A DNA stretch of 64,000 nucleotides from Balamuthia mandrillaris. Its lineage: Eukaryota. Of the stretch, positions 49,787 through 63,910 are shown in pieces (the first letter of the stretch is position 1; every line of letters begins with the position of its first letter). The position numbers and the translations under genes are program-made. The stretch covers positions 186,001-250,000 of the forward strand of contig JAVKOQ020000008.1 of the NCBI GenBank assembly GCA_031835245.2. Reading direction: 5' to 3'. The notes below the pieces were generated by a model. The model had not been told where the DNA came from. It did no database searches and saw only the letters and a program-made list of their open reading frames with translations.

Positions 49787-50939
49787 ATGAGAGCATACTT
49801 CCCGTTGGATAAACTGAGAGAAAACTTGCGGCGCTGTAGAGAGGAGGAGGAGGAGGAGGTGGGAGCGGCAGGAAAAGAAAAAGAAGAGGAGGTTGCAGAA
49901 CAGAATGGCCAAAAGACCATTCGAAAAAAGCTTGTGCTCATAACCACAGGGACCTACTCCCCTGTGCACAGGATGCATCTCCACGTCTTTGAGGCCGCCA
50001 AGAAACTGTTGGAAGAGAAACATGGTTTCCAAGGTAATAATACCCCCCGGCTGTTTGCTGTTTCTTGTCATCGTTGTGTAACGCCGCACAAACTATCTAT
50101 AGTGGTGGCTGGTTTTGTGTCTCCGTCACACGACGAGTACGTCTGGCAAAAGCTCGAAACGGATGGCATTACCGGCTATCATCGGTTTTTACTTTTCTCT
50201 TTAGTTTTTGTGTTAAACTTGCTTGCTTCTTTCCTTCTCTTTGCTTACTGCCTGTTTCTTGTGTCCATGTAAACCCCAGAGAGGCAATGTTGCAGCTGGC
50301 CACCAAAGACAGCGACTGGATAAGCGTCTCCAGCTGGGAGCTCAATCAACCCTACTTTCAATCCATGTACAAAGCGACCCTAGCCCTTCACGGGCTGCTG
50401 CGCGAAGAGTTTGCTGAGCAAGAAGAGCTGCAAGTGATGTACCTCTGCGGCGCTGACCTGATCCCTCGCTGCGGAGGCATGACCAACCTGGGTGGCTTTC
50501 CCATTGTGGCCGTCGGGCGAGCGGGATACAGCGACAAGGTCAGAAAGGTCTTGGCTGCCAAGCAATCGGACTCAGCGATGGACGGGGCTCCCAGGAAGCA
50601 AACCCTCTATTTTGTGGAGGAGGATACAGAAGACATCAGTTCCACAAAGATGAGGTACTTGTCCATGATGCTCATCCTCTCTTTCTTTTTCCCTCTCTCC
50701 GTGGATAAAGGTTGTTGACAACCAGCTCTTTCAAACAACAAATAACCAGAGAGTATCTGCGAGAAGGCAAAGACTTGAGCTCCATGACTTTTCCTAGCGT
50801 GATAGAGTACCTCCATACCCACCAAAACGACCAAGGCGAGCAACCATTCTACCTCCAACACCACCCCGTACCCGAGCACGACATTTGGCGCTCCATCCCC
50901 ACGCCCACAAAGAACAAATCATCGTGTCGTCCCTCCTAG
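49787..50939 (+). CDS. Nicotinamide/nicotinate mononucleotide adenylyltransferase-like nucleotidyltransferase
   Basis: TGTYSPVHRMH (HxGH-like), GFVSPSHDEYV, HREAMLQLA..WISVSSWE, YLCGADL and DISSTKMR. Confidence 0.85.
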
Positions 50940-50962
50940 CCTGGATGTCGTTACTTGTGTTG

Positions 50963-50965
<3 letters not shown>

Positions 50966-51050
<85 letters not shown>
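50966..51050. repeat. (CT)n microsatellite in 3' flank of the NMNAT-like gene
   Basis: About 40 CT units. Confidence 0.95.
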
Positions 51051-51054
<4 letters not shown>

Positions 51055-51317
51055 GTTCCTTGTACACAGACACCAAACACTATAAAACGGGATCAGTTAT
51101 AGACTCTATTTTTCTCCTATAGGAAAAAAGATAATTCCCCGGTAGGTGGCTGGTGTGTGCTTACGTTATCGTTTATGCGCCTCTTCGTCCGTCTGATGTG
51201 GTTGTTACGTCCGTTTGATGGGGTGGTCCCCTTCTGATAAGAAGAATACACGTTAGCTCGTGTGCCTGAGGCTTAGCTCGTTAAGGCAACACAACAAAAC
51301 AGAAACACAGCAGCGAT

Positions 51318-51803
51318 ATGGTGAAGGTGTCCTTCAGAACGGTGGTTCCAGGCAAAGTGGACCAGGTCTTCCAGTACTTTGCCAACTTTGCCAACATCGC
51401 GGAATGGGATCCCGGCTGCAAGTCCTCCAAACTTTGTGCATCATTATCAGTTTCGGAAGGCGTCCGAGAGGGCACACGCTTCGACTTGGTAACAGTGTTC
51501 AAAGGCAGAGAATCCAAGATGACCTACGAAGTCAAAACGTACGAGGAGCCCCATAAGGTAGTCCTGGAGGGCTTCACTTCCATTGTTCACGCTCTGGACG
51601 AGATCCGCTTCAGCCAAGACGAGAACGACCCTGATCGGACTCGGGTGGAGTACGATGCCGACATCCGGCTAAGAGGCGTGTTCAAGCTGTTCACCCCTTT
51701 CATCCGCCGCTCCATCATGGAGCTGGCTCCTGCAGCCCAGCAGGGGTTCGAAGGCAAAGCCGGAGAACTCTTTGGCAAGGAGGAGGAGGAGGAGGAGGCA
51801 TAG
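51318..51803 (+). CDS. SRPBCC/START-fold (polyketide cyclase/CoxG-like) protein, intronless
   Basis: VFQYFANFANIAEWDPG..GTRF..YEV..YEEPHKVVLEG..DEIRF..TRVEYDA pattern, 161 aa. Confidence 0.8.
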   Translation: MVKVSFRTVVPGKVDQVFQYFANFANIAEWDPGCKSSKLCASLSVSEGVREGTRFDLVTVFKGRESKMTYEVKTYEEPHKVVLEGFTSIVHALDEIRFSQDENDPDRTRVEYDADIRLRGVFKLFTPFIRRSIMELAPAAQQGFEGKAGELFGKEEEEEEA

Positions 51804-51905
51804 GAGGGAAGCAGTATCATGTAAATAAATCCAAACAGCACCAATTATCGGGACGACATGATATTATTTCATGACGACACGAAAATAAAGGAGAGAAGAA
51901 CCGAA

Positions 51906-54347
51906 ATGAAGATGGGCTTGCGGCGTAACGGCCTCGGCTTCGTCTTCCTTCAAGCCCTCTTCTTTTTCTGCGTGTACCGCTTTTGCTTGTTCCCGGAAGA
52001 CACGACCTCCTCGTTTTCCCTTCTCGTGCTCTCCGTCTCCTCCGTGCTGCTCGTGTTCATCGCTTTGATCCTTCTCTTCTTTTTCGTCTTCAATGAAGAC
52101 GTGCCAAAGCCGCCGCGTTCCGTCTCTTTGCTCGCTGTGGGCTTTGTGGCTTGCGCGTCCTTGGTGGATGCCTTTTGGTGGCCGGTGATCCGTTACACCT
52201 GGCACGAGCTGTGGTGGCAGACGGGCATGACACTTCTCTCGGCCTTTGTGGCGTTCTTTTACTTGCATGTCTACCGCGATGACGACACGTGGATCATTTT
52301 CAAACAGGTTCCCTTTCTTTTTTTTTGTCTTCTTCTTTATTCTTTTTTCTTTTCTCTTTTTTCTTTTTTCTTTTTTCTTTTTTCTTTTTTCTTTTTTCTT
52401 TTTCTTTTTCTTTTTCTTTTTCTTTTTCTTTTTCTTTTTCTTTTTCTTTTTCTTTTTCTTTTTCTTTTTCTTTTCTTATGACACACTATGCAACAAACCA
52501 ACCAAACAGGGCATAAACATGATAACGTCTGTTTCTGGCCAGACCTGGCTGAACCTGATGGGGTGGTTCTTCAGCGCTAGGGCGGTGCGCCACTTTCGGC
52601 ATCACGCCTTTGGCAAGCGCAAACGACCGACCAAGCAACGGAGGAACGACCAGGACGTCAAACAAGAACAAAGCGCAGCACCTCCGCTCTCTCTTCGCCC
52701 TGCCCCTGTCTTCAATCCTTCTTTGTTTCTCCGATCGCCTTTGTTGGACGAGGCCTATTCTGCTATAGCTGCCAACAAACGACAACCACAACGCGAGAAG
52801 GCGAAAGAAAAGATGAACGAAGTGGAGGAGACAAAAGAAAGAACGTGGGTCGTGAATCCAAGTTTGTTGGTGAGAAGGAACGCCAGCAAGTTTTGCTTTG
52901 GAGAGCTGCGAAAGAGGCAGATGGACCCGTTCTGCGTGTTGCTGCACGATGTGGTTGGACCCGTCGTGCATGTTCAACATCCAGGAAGCAAGATCTGGCA
53001 CACTTACTCCCTTACACCAGTGTCTTGCAACAACAACGATTACGACAAGGAGGATGATAAAGCAAGAGAGTCACGTGTGGTGATAGAAGATAAGTTCATC
53101 GCACTGAGAAGAGTGTATTATCGGATGGAACGAGAGAGAAAAGAAGAAAAAAGAAGACAAGCTACTGGTAATGATACCTTAGGTTCTTCTTCTTCATCGT
53201 CATCGCTATCAGACAAGCAAAAAGAGAGCAAGTTATCTCCCACCGACAAGCAAGAAACGGAACAGCAAAAGAGACGCAGAGAAGCATGGGAAGCGCAGCA
53301 AAAGAAACAAAAGGAGGCAGAGGAGGAGGCTCGAAAGATTGCCGAGCAACAAGACCGTCAAGTAGAAGGCCTGGTTGCCAAAGGCTTGCAACTCTTTGAT
53401 GCTTTATCTCGTCTCAACAAGAACTTCAATCAACATCACAAAAAGAAAAAGAAGGAACAACAGGAACAGCAGCAGCAGCAGCAGAAGGACTCGAATGACG
53501 AGGAAGAGGCCGGCAAAAAGACAAACCAGAATAAGAGCAAAGAGATCAGCAAAGGAGAGCTCATGGGGGAGTATGGATTGACAGAGGAGGTAATCGTCCG
53601 TTTGGAGATGGCACAAGTGTTGGTGGCTCCATCTTGGATGGAGGAGGAAGAAGAACGATGGAAAAGAAAGTTGGAGAGGGCGCGAATGCAGATGGACACC
53701 CGCGGATGGACCGTGTTGGCGGACCTGCTTCCTCCTTTGCAGCTGGAGGCCTTTCGTTGTTATTGCAACAAACGTAAGCAAGAGGAAGACATCAATCCTT
53801 CTATGTACGTTTTCCTGTTGCTTTCCTTTTATCTTCTGTTTGCTAAACAGCCGCTTCGCAATGCAGAAATGGGTATAACTACAAGTGGTCTGACTCAGTG
53901 GCGAGTATGTTCAACTCGTTCTTCACGCCAGTCATTCAGCGAATCATAGAAGAGCAAATCCTCCCCATTCAGAGCCTCATCCTCTACTACGACGAAGGCT
54001 CCTTCCTCGACCTCCACGTCGACTGGCATCCTTTTGCCTTCTCTCTCAGCTATGCCATCGACTGCTTCTCTTCTTGTTCTTCTTCTGGTTCTTCTTCTTC
54101 TTCTTCTTCTTCCACAACTACAGCCGAAACGAAACGAGCGGCGTGGCCCTTGTCCCTCATCTCCAAACAGGAAGACGCCGCTCTGATCGACCTGGGGCTG
54201 GCCTTCGGGGAGGCCGTGCTGTTCAAAGGGCAGGAGCTGCCGCATTACCGGGACAGGCTGCCCGCCGGCAACTCGGTCATTTCCGTGTCCTTCTCCTGGG
54301 ACAGGAAGGAGCGCTTGCGTGGCACCGTTCAACCGACCTACACTTAA
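51906..54347 (+). CDS. Multi-pass membrane protein with C-terminal 2OG-Fe(II) oxygenase-like domain (3 exons)
   Basis: About 4 N-terminal TMs, a coiled-coil middle, and C-terminal YDEGSFLDLHVD..WPL..GEAVLFKGQELPHYR (HxD...H). Introns 52308-52509 and ~53805-53867 preserve the frame. Confidence 0.65.
52320..52475. repeat. (TTTTTC)n intronic repeat
   Basis: Visible hexamer tandem array. Confidence 0.95.
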
Positions 54348-54439
54348 CAAAAAAAACATTACACATTTTAAAAAAATAAAAATAAAATAAAATAAAATAA
54401 AATAAATATAAAATATAAAATATAAAATATAAAAAAAGG

Positions 54440-54463
54440 TGACGTCAGATGGGAATGACGTCA
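54440..54463. promoter_or_regulatory. Tandem CRE-like TGACGTCA palindromes
   Basis: TGACGTCA at 54440 and 54456 in an AT-rich intergenic region upstream of the 54811 gene. Confidence 0.45.
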
Positions 54464-54810
54464 CCAGCCTAAAAATAAATGAAACGAACCGCTAAAAGGA
54501 ATGTAATGCCTTATATTGGATGGACACATATTGGCTTAGCAACCACAAAGAAGAGAGAACACAACACGAAAAGAAAGGCCCACCAAACAAACAAGAATTG
54601 CTTTCTTTCGCTTTGGTGTTTTTTTTTTTTTGGAGGGAAAACAAAAAAAAAATAGGAATAATAAGGTGAACCCTTTCTTTTCTTCTTTCTTTCTTTCTTT
54701 CTCTTTTTTGTTTGGAGAATTAAAAATAAAATAAAATAGAACGAAATCGACTTTGAAGCCGCCAGGGAGTTGTTTTTTGTGCGCTCTTCTTCTTTGCAAA
54801 AGAGAAGGTC

Positions 54811-57567
54811 ATGCAAAGCACTCGCTCCTCAGAGCAGAGTCACAACAACCCCACACAACTCCAAAAGATGGACCAACAAAGCAAACAACCACAATCTTCG
54901 GCCAACAACCATAACGGCGGAGTTGTTGTCCGAGGAAGGTCTTCCTCCATCTCTCACCCCGGTTTAACTTTTGCCGAAGAGCAACAACAGGCTCAACACA
55001 GGAATAATAACCCTTTGAGCCTGACCACCGACGCGACCTCCCCCAAGCGAGACAAGCGCAAGTCAAAGCTAGGACTCTTGCTGGAGCGGTCCAAAAGGGA
55101 CGCCAGGAAAAAGCGAGGAGAAACACTTAAACCGGAAATGCTCTCCACGGCAACCTCAACCCCTTCCCAAGAACACTTGCTGGAAGAGGAGGAGGAGAAA
55201 GGCGGAGGAGGTCGTCGCTCGGGCTCCTCCTCCTTTCGCTCTCGCCGAGTCTCTTCGTTTGATGATCTTGTTACATTAGGAGCGGAAAGCTCTTCTTCAA
55301 CTTCTTCGGGTTGGCGTGAAACGTCCTCCTCCAATAGTTCTCCCGCCTCTTCTTCTCCTCGTCAACTTACACAAAAACCCATACAAACTTCTTCCACATC
55401 CCGATCCGCCGAAACGTTTTGGCCGAAAGAAAAGAAAGAAAAAGCGATGGATGAAGCAACAGAGCAAAAAGAGAAAGAAGAAAAACGAGAAAAAGAAGGA
55501 GAAAAGGGAGAAGAAGAAGGAGAAGAAGAAGAGCAAGAGCACAACAAAGGAGCCCATCCGCCAGAACAAACCAAAGTATCGAGTCTTGCAAAGATCGGGC
55601 ATAGCTTGCTCTCCACCTCCATGCTGCCGTTCCTGGGCATAGGAGAGGTCTCCAACTCCCTCTCCAAGACCGTTAAACACGGCTTCCGAGAGAAAGAGAG
55701 AGAGGGGCCGCCGGACGAGCGAGAGCTACGGCGCCGCTCCGCCCGATTCCTGTGGAGCAGCTGGAAGTTCAGACCATCCTCCACGGAGAGCAACAATCCA
55801 AGGGACCGAACGATGCCTATTGCCAAGTCTCACGGATCGTTCTTCCAATCAGAAGATGAGAGCGGTCTTACTGCAGTTCCTTCTTCTTCTTCTAATACTC
55901 CTATTCCCTCTTCTTCGTTATCTACTTCAACGACTTCTGCTTCTTCTTCAAGCTCACATCAGCATCAACACCCTGTTGGAAGTAGTAATGGAGGAGGCGG
56001 GGGCTCGGTTGTGGTAATGTCGGATAGCGGTGACGAGGAAGAGAAAGCAGCCAATGCTGAAAAGACCAAAAAGAAGAAGAAAACAATTGCTGGCATGCCC
56101 ATTCTTTTGCCCAAGAGCGTAAGACTCTTCTCTCTTCTCTGCGTCTCTCTCGCTTCGCTTGTTAACTTGGTTTAAACCCTTTAGCCCAATCTATCAGCAT
56201 TGTGGTCTCCTTTCGAAGGAGCAGAAAAGAAAAGAGAAAGGCGAAGAAACCTTACTCTCTCCGGTGGTACTACCGCAAAGCCCAAAGGAGCAACTCAACA
56301 GGGAGCAGCTACAACGCAACAACAACCTCGCAACTCCGCTCCTTCCCCCGATTCCCTTTTGCCGGTCATGGAAGATGAAGACGGGAGCAACAGCTGCGCG
56401 AGCGCTAGTGGAAGTGGCAGCGAAAATGACTTTTCCGAGAGCAGACAGAAAAGAGCCATTCGAAGGAAGGATCCCTCGCGCTCGATAGGAACGGTGGAGG
56501 AACTGGAGGAGGAAGTGGTAAAGGACGGAGAGGGCAACTTTAAGGAAAGCATGAAGGTGAGAGAGTTGGAGAAGAAATTGGAGGAGACCAAAGCCATTCT
56601 CCAGTTGGAAATGGAGATGAGGGCCAGAGCAGAGAGATACCTTCAAGAAATGCAGAAAGGAGGGAACGGAGATGTTGAGGTGAAGAAGATGAAGTTGAGT
56701 CTTCTTTCTTCCTCTTCTTCTCAAGCTGATGATGATGAGAAAAAAGAGAAGCAAAAAGAAGACGTCAACAAAACCGAACGAGGAAAGAGCGTGGCGGATC
56801 TTTGCGGTTTCGACTTGGAGAATGTGGATCTCTCGTTGTTGGGTTTGCCGGAGGGAGACCACGCGAAAAAGCCTATAGCATCGAACGTAAAGCAACAACA
56901 GCAACAAAGGGCATTCATCTTACCAGCCATTCCGTCTGTATCACGTTCGCAACGAAAAGAAGAAGATGAGGAAGAAGAAGATGATGACGAAGAGGAACCT
57001 TCAGGAATGGTCATGGAAGCAGAGTCAGAGTCGGAGGCGGAGATGTCAAAGATAAGGCCAAAGAGAGAGCCGCGCCCACCCTCTGTCATGTTCTCCCGAA
57101 AGTTGCACATCAGCTTCGATGACTTTGGTGGTGTGCTGGAAGACATCAGAAGAAAGAGAAACAATGGCAATTTTCCTCTCTCCTCTCGAGGAGACAAGAA
57201 CGCCACAGAGGAAGAGAGACGTACCTCTCATTCTGCCTCTGCTTCTCCTTCTCACATGGCAGCAACAACGAGCATCCGAAGAGAGGACAGAGGAGGAAGA
57301 AGAGAAGAGGAGGAAGAAAAAGAAGCAGGCAGCGAAAGCGGGAGTGGTACCATTCAACGTTTGTCAGTGGTAGTGCAGGAAGGAGAAGGAGAAGAAGGAG
57401 AAGGAGAGGCAGAAGAGCAGTCCGAGGCGAGCATTGATGAGAATCGAAGAAAGAGCTCCTTCGTAAAAGTGGCCAATGAGCTTGCAGGAGGAGAAGGCAG
57501 CTCAGATGACGACGATGGCGACGATGACGATGAAGACTGGGTGTGCGTGGAGGAGCTGGCGCAATGA
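54811..57567 (+). CDS. Low-complexity Ser/Glu-rich protein with coiled coil (2 exons)
   Basis: Long ORFs 54811-56175 and 56200-57567 separated by a GTAAGA..CAG intron; coiled coil VRELEKKLEETKAILQLE. Confidence 0.7.
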
Positions 57568-57772
57568 AAAAAGCAAACATGTCAGGGGAGATAAGAGAGA
57601 GGCAAGGAGCCACACATATGTGTGTGCGTTTTTGTTCATGTAGATATAATCTATGTAGCTGTACTTTTGCCTATCGTCTTATTCCTTCCAAACTAATTGA
57701 AAAAAAAAGAAAGCGAAAAAGTGAGAAGAAAGCATGTTTGCTGTTTTTTTTAAACTTCTCATAGGATGCATC

Positions 57773-58479
57773 TTATTCCTCTTGGTTGAGCAACTTTTCG
57801 ATATCTTTTTCCATAGAGGCAGGGGTGGTGATGGAAGAGTATCTCTGGCTAACCTGTCCCTTCTTATCCACCAAGAATTTCTGTTTCATACATGGGATAA
57901 TATTAATTGTGATAAACAAATAAGACCGAAAGAAGGCAGCATTCTGCAAAACAACAAGAAAGAAAGAAACAGGCAAGGCACCTCAAAGTTCCACTTGATG
58001 CGGGTGAGGCCAAAGATGCCAGACTTGCTGCTCTTCAGGAAGGCATAGACGGGGTGGGTGTGATCGCCATTCACCTCTATCTTCTTCATCAATGGGAAAT
58101 TCACGCCAAAGTTCCTCTGTGGATTTTGAATGAGTGGGTGATGGATTCTAAGAGCAAAGTAAAAAAGAGGTTGGTTCGAACCTGGCAAAACTCATGTATT
58201 TCAGCATCTGGAGCAGGTTCTTGTCCTCCAAACTGGTTGCAAGGGAAGCCGATGACGACCAATCCTTTTGTTTTTGGTTTTGTTTTTTAAATTATTTCAT
58301 CGAGGGAGAAGCTTTACAAAATAAAAGTAGCAAATCCACCCGCACCTTGGTCTTTGTATTTATCGTAGAGGGCCTGCAAAGCCTTGTACTGCGGCGTGAA
58401 GCCACACTTGGAGGCTACGTTGACGATGAGGACTACCTTTTAAAGGGATGAGTTCATGAAGTTTTCCAAACGTTAGAGA

Positions 58480-58514
<35 letters not shown>

Positions 58515-58634
58515 AGAGACGCGGGGGGCCTTCTCAACCTTTCCTTTCAGTTGGGCAAAGGAAAACGTATTGCCCTGGTTGTCCTCTGCCGTGAGGTCAT
58601 GCAAGCCCTGCGCTCCGCCGCCACCGCCTTCCAT
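57773..58634 (-). CDS. Cys-type glutathione/thioredoxin peroxidase (GPx family)
   Basis: [33 protein letters not shown] and IKWNFEKFLVD; the active-site codon is TGT (Cys). Confidence 0.93.
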
Positions 58635-59135
58635 TTCGCTATGCACCACTCGAAGAAACGAACTGTTGTGCCCGAGACCTCCGCCCTGCCTTTAAACAAA
58701 AAAATGGGGGGGTGGTGACCCCCCCTTACTGACGACACATGAGAGAAGCAGCGGCACCATCGCTATCGGCCATAAAGCAATAAAACCCGAGGAGGAGCAG
58801 CAGGAAGCCAGCGGGGCGGGCGGGGAGAGTGTAGACACAATGCAAGGGGTGAGGTTTTGTCTACTCCTGCGGGCTTACAGCGGAAGGAGAAGAATAAAAA
58901 TGTGAAGCACAAGCAACACGCTACAAGAATCCATTTTCGTTGTGTGGCTGCAGCTTGCCAATAGGGCTTCGGTTTTGGTGTGTCGTGTTGGCCTCCACCT
59001 TTTTACGTTGGGGCAAGCAACAGGCCAACTCACACTTGGCCTGGAAAGCAGTCAGAAGAAACACCAAGAGTTTATCGTTCTTGTTATTGTGAGAGAGAGA
59101 GAGAGAGAGAAAAACAAAAGAAACAAAAAAAAGAC

Positions 59136-61094
<1,959 letters not shown>

Positions 61095-61550
61095 TTTGTG
61101 TGTGTGTTTTTAATAAATAAATAAAAAAAATAGAAGGGGGAAAAAATCAAAGTGTTCGCCCAAGAAGAAAGCGAGAAAGAGAGAAGAAGGGGACACCAGC
61201 TGCTGGAGTGCGCGTGTGCGAAGTGTGTGGTTCGTTTGCTACAAAATACTCGGAAAAAAACAAAACGCCCCGCCCCCCCCCCACAAAAATCGCGATAGAA
61301 AAAAAAATTTATCCGCTCTCCCTCACAATAATTTGCTGCTGGGGGAAGAAATGGCTGTTCTCATCAGGTAGCCATGTGTATCCCCCAATGTAACCATTCT
61401 TGGAAAATTTGCTTCCGAATTTTCGGCGAATTTTAGGTTAAGGCGAATTGTCGACGAAAAAGATGATCTGTTCGGGATAATAAGTACATAATTCCCCGAT
61501 TATGTCCGAAAAAAAAAGAAAGAAAAAACAAAGAGAGAAAAGGGTGACGA

Positions 61551-63420
61551 ATGAGGCATCGAGTGGTAGACTCTTCTTCTCAGGTGGTCTCTACTGTTCC
61601 TGCTACTCCTGGTGACTCACAGACTCCTTCTACGAAGCGCTCAGCTACCTTTACGCCGTTTCACGTTCTGTTCTTGGGTTACCACTTGGTGTGGTTCATC
61701 ATCCTCGGCCTCTTTTTCTACAGACTCTATTCCGGCCTTGCCGCTCTGGTCTTCTAGGCCTTGCTTCTCTAGCACTGATTCCCTATCAAGCCCTTTTGAT
61801 CTATTTTAGTTTTAGTTTTATTCTTTTAAGTCGTCTCAGAACTTTTTTTTCGTTGTTGGAATGGAGTCACCGCCGCTACCACCACAAGCAAAGGAAGCCC
61901 TGGAAAGGATCGAAGAAACGTCAGAACAAGTGTTGGAGGCCCTCTCCCAGCCCACCTTGTTGAACGGCAAGTTCGATAACCCATGGGATACCTGGTCCCC
62001 GAAAGGCTTCGTCGACGCTGTAAAGTGGATGTTGAACCGCAAGGCCGTGCCGCTGCCTTCCCCTCAGGAACTCGACCAAAAATTGCCTGTCCTTGAGCCT
62101 AACTGGGACACCATTTATACTCCACGCTCTTCCTTCACTCTATCCTCTTCTGCCTCTGCCTCTTCCTCGTCCTCGTCTTCTTCCAACACAGCAAATGGCA
62201 AAGAGGAAGAAGAGGAAGACAAAGCCAACGGAGACAGACCCATCATACAGGCCACGTGGATCGGCCACTCCTCGTTCCTGGTGCAGATGGAGGGCGTCAA
62301 CTTCTTGACGGACCCCGTTTGGAGCCTGCGATGCTCTCCCTTGGGAAACGTTGGCGTTGGACCCAAACGCTTCCGGCCAGTGCCTTTCCCTATTGCTCGC
62401 TTGCCTCCCATTGACTTTGTGGTCATTAGGTGCGTTGTTGTTGTCTTATGTTGTTCTTGTTGTTCTTGTTGTTGTGCTTGATAGAACGAATAGCAAATAA
62501 CATTATCTCTTTACAGCCACAACCACTACGACCACTTGGACTATTATACGGTGCAGCAGTTGGGTAACTCCACGAAGTGGTATGTACCAATGGGCCTCAA
62601 AGCATGGTTCCTCAAATGTGGTGTCAGCAACGTGGTGGAATTGGGATGGTGGGAGAAAGCCGTCTTTTCCAAAAAGAAGACTGCCTCCTCTTCCAAAGGA
62701 AAAGGAGAAAAAGAAGCAGGAGACGGAGAAGAAGTGAGAGTAGAAATCGTAGCGACACCTGCTCAGCACTGGAGTCTCCGCAGCGGATTCGATCGATGCC
62801 AAAGCTTGTGGTGCAGTTGGGCAGTGATGGGACGTTACAACCGTGTTTTCTTTGCTGGTGATACTGGCTATTGCCCCGCTTTTGCTGAGATTGGTCGTCA
62901 ACACGGTCCTTTTGACTTGGGGTACTTCTTCTTTTTGTTCTCCTTGTGCTTTTCCCTTTTTTTTTCGGACTTGTTTCTGTTCCTCCTCTCTCATTTGTGA
63001 CTTTTTAATCCATGAAACAGACTTATCCCGATTGGAGCCTATTGTCCACGAGACTTTATGAAGCCGCAGCACGTGGACCCAGTAGAAGCGGTGCAGCTAC
63101 ACGAGGACATTCGAGCCAAGCGGTCTATAGGCATGCACTGGGGCACGTTTGTCCTTACCGATGAGCACGTATTGGAGCCACCGAAGAAACTCTTCGAGGA
63201 GCTGCAAAAGAGACAAATCCATCCGAGAGACTTTTTCGTGATGAAGCACGGCCAAACGGTGAAGCTTGTTGGGAGGGAGAAAGAAAGAAGGGGCTCCAAT
63301 TATGATGGTGGCGAAGAAGAGGAAGATGAATCAAAAGAGGTAATAGAGGAAGAAGGAATTGATGAGTGGTGGGTAGAGTATCTTCATGATGACGGTAAGA
63401 AGGAAGCAAGCTTCGCCTGA
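61551..63420 (+). CDS. NAPE-PLD-like metallo-beta-lactamase with probable N-terminal TM exon
   Basis: FDNPW, TWIGHSS, TDPVWS, ISHNHYDHLD, PAQHWSLR, FAGDTGY, PIGAY.PR, PQHVDP and MHWGTF. The 61551 ORF joins in frame through a possible intron 61749-61830. Confidence 0.88.
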
Positions 63421-63635
63421 AAGAAAAAGAGACAAAGTGAAGAAAAACTTTAAAAAAAAAATAGAAGGCTCTATTTACAATCAACAAAAAAAAAATGAGA
63501 AACAGGGCTCAAGAGAGAGAGAACTTTCTTTTTGTCACTTTTTTTTTTCCTGCTGACCTGAAGAAGGTGACCCGTTATGAACAAAAAAACAAACAAAAAT
63601 AAACCGTCAATGCGAGTGCAAAAAAAAAAAAAAAG

Positions 63636-63910
63636 TTAACATTGGCAGTTGTTTTTGTTCTGGTCTTTGTCAAAGAGTGCAATATCGTCTAATGTTAACT
63701 TCTCCAACTCTTCTGAAATAGGAATCTGTTTTACTGTTGATAAACAAAAGCAGAGGAAGAGTTAGTAAGAGTTGAAAGGGAAAGAAGGAATGAGAAGGGA
63801 ATGGAGAAGAAGATACCTAGCTCTGTGAATGCGGTTTCTACATTGTCACCTGTTTTGGCTGAAGTCTCAAAAAAAAGTATTCCTTGTGACAGTGCATAGC
63901 GTTCGCCCTC
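63636..63910 (-). CDS. Rab GTPase, last two exons (5' part outside the window)
   Basis: EGERYA..GILFFETSAKTGDNVETAF..; C-terminal CQC (CXC prenylation motif). Not present in the ORF track. Confidence 0.85.

Noticed and set aside
58400..58415. Selenocysteine GPx
   Set aside because: The active-site codon is TGT (VASKCG), not TGA.
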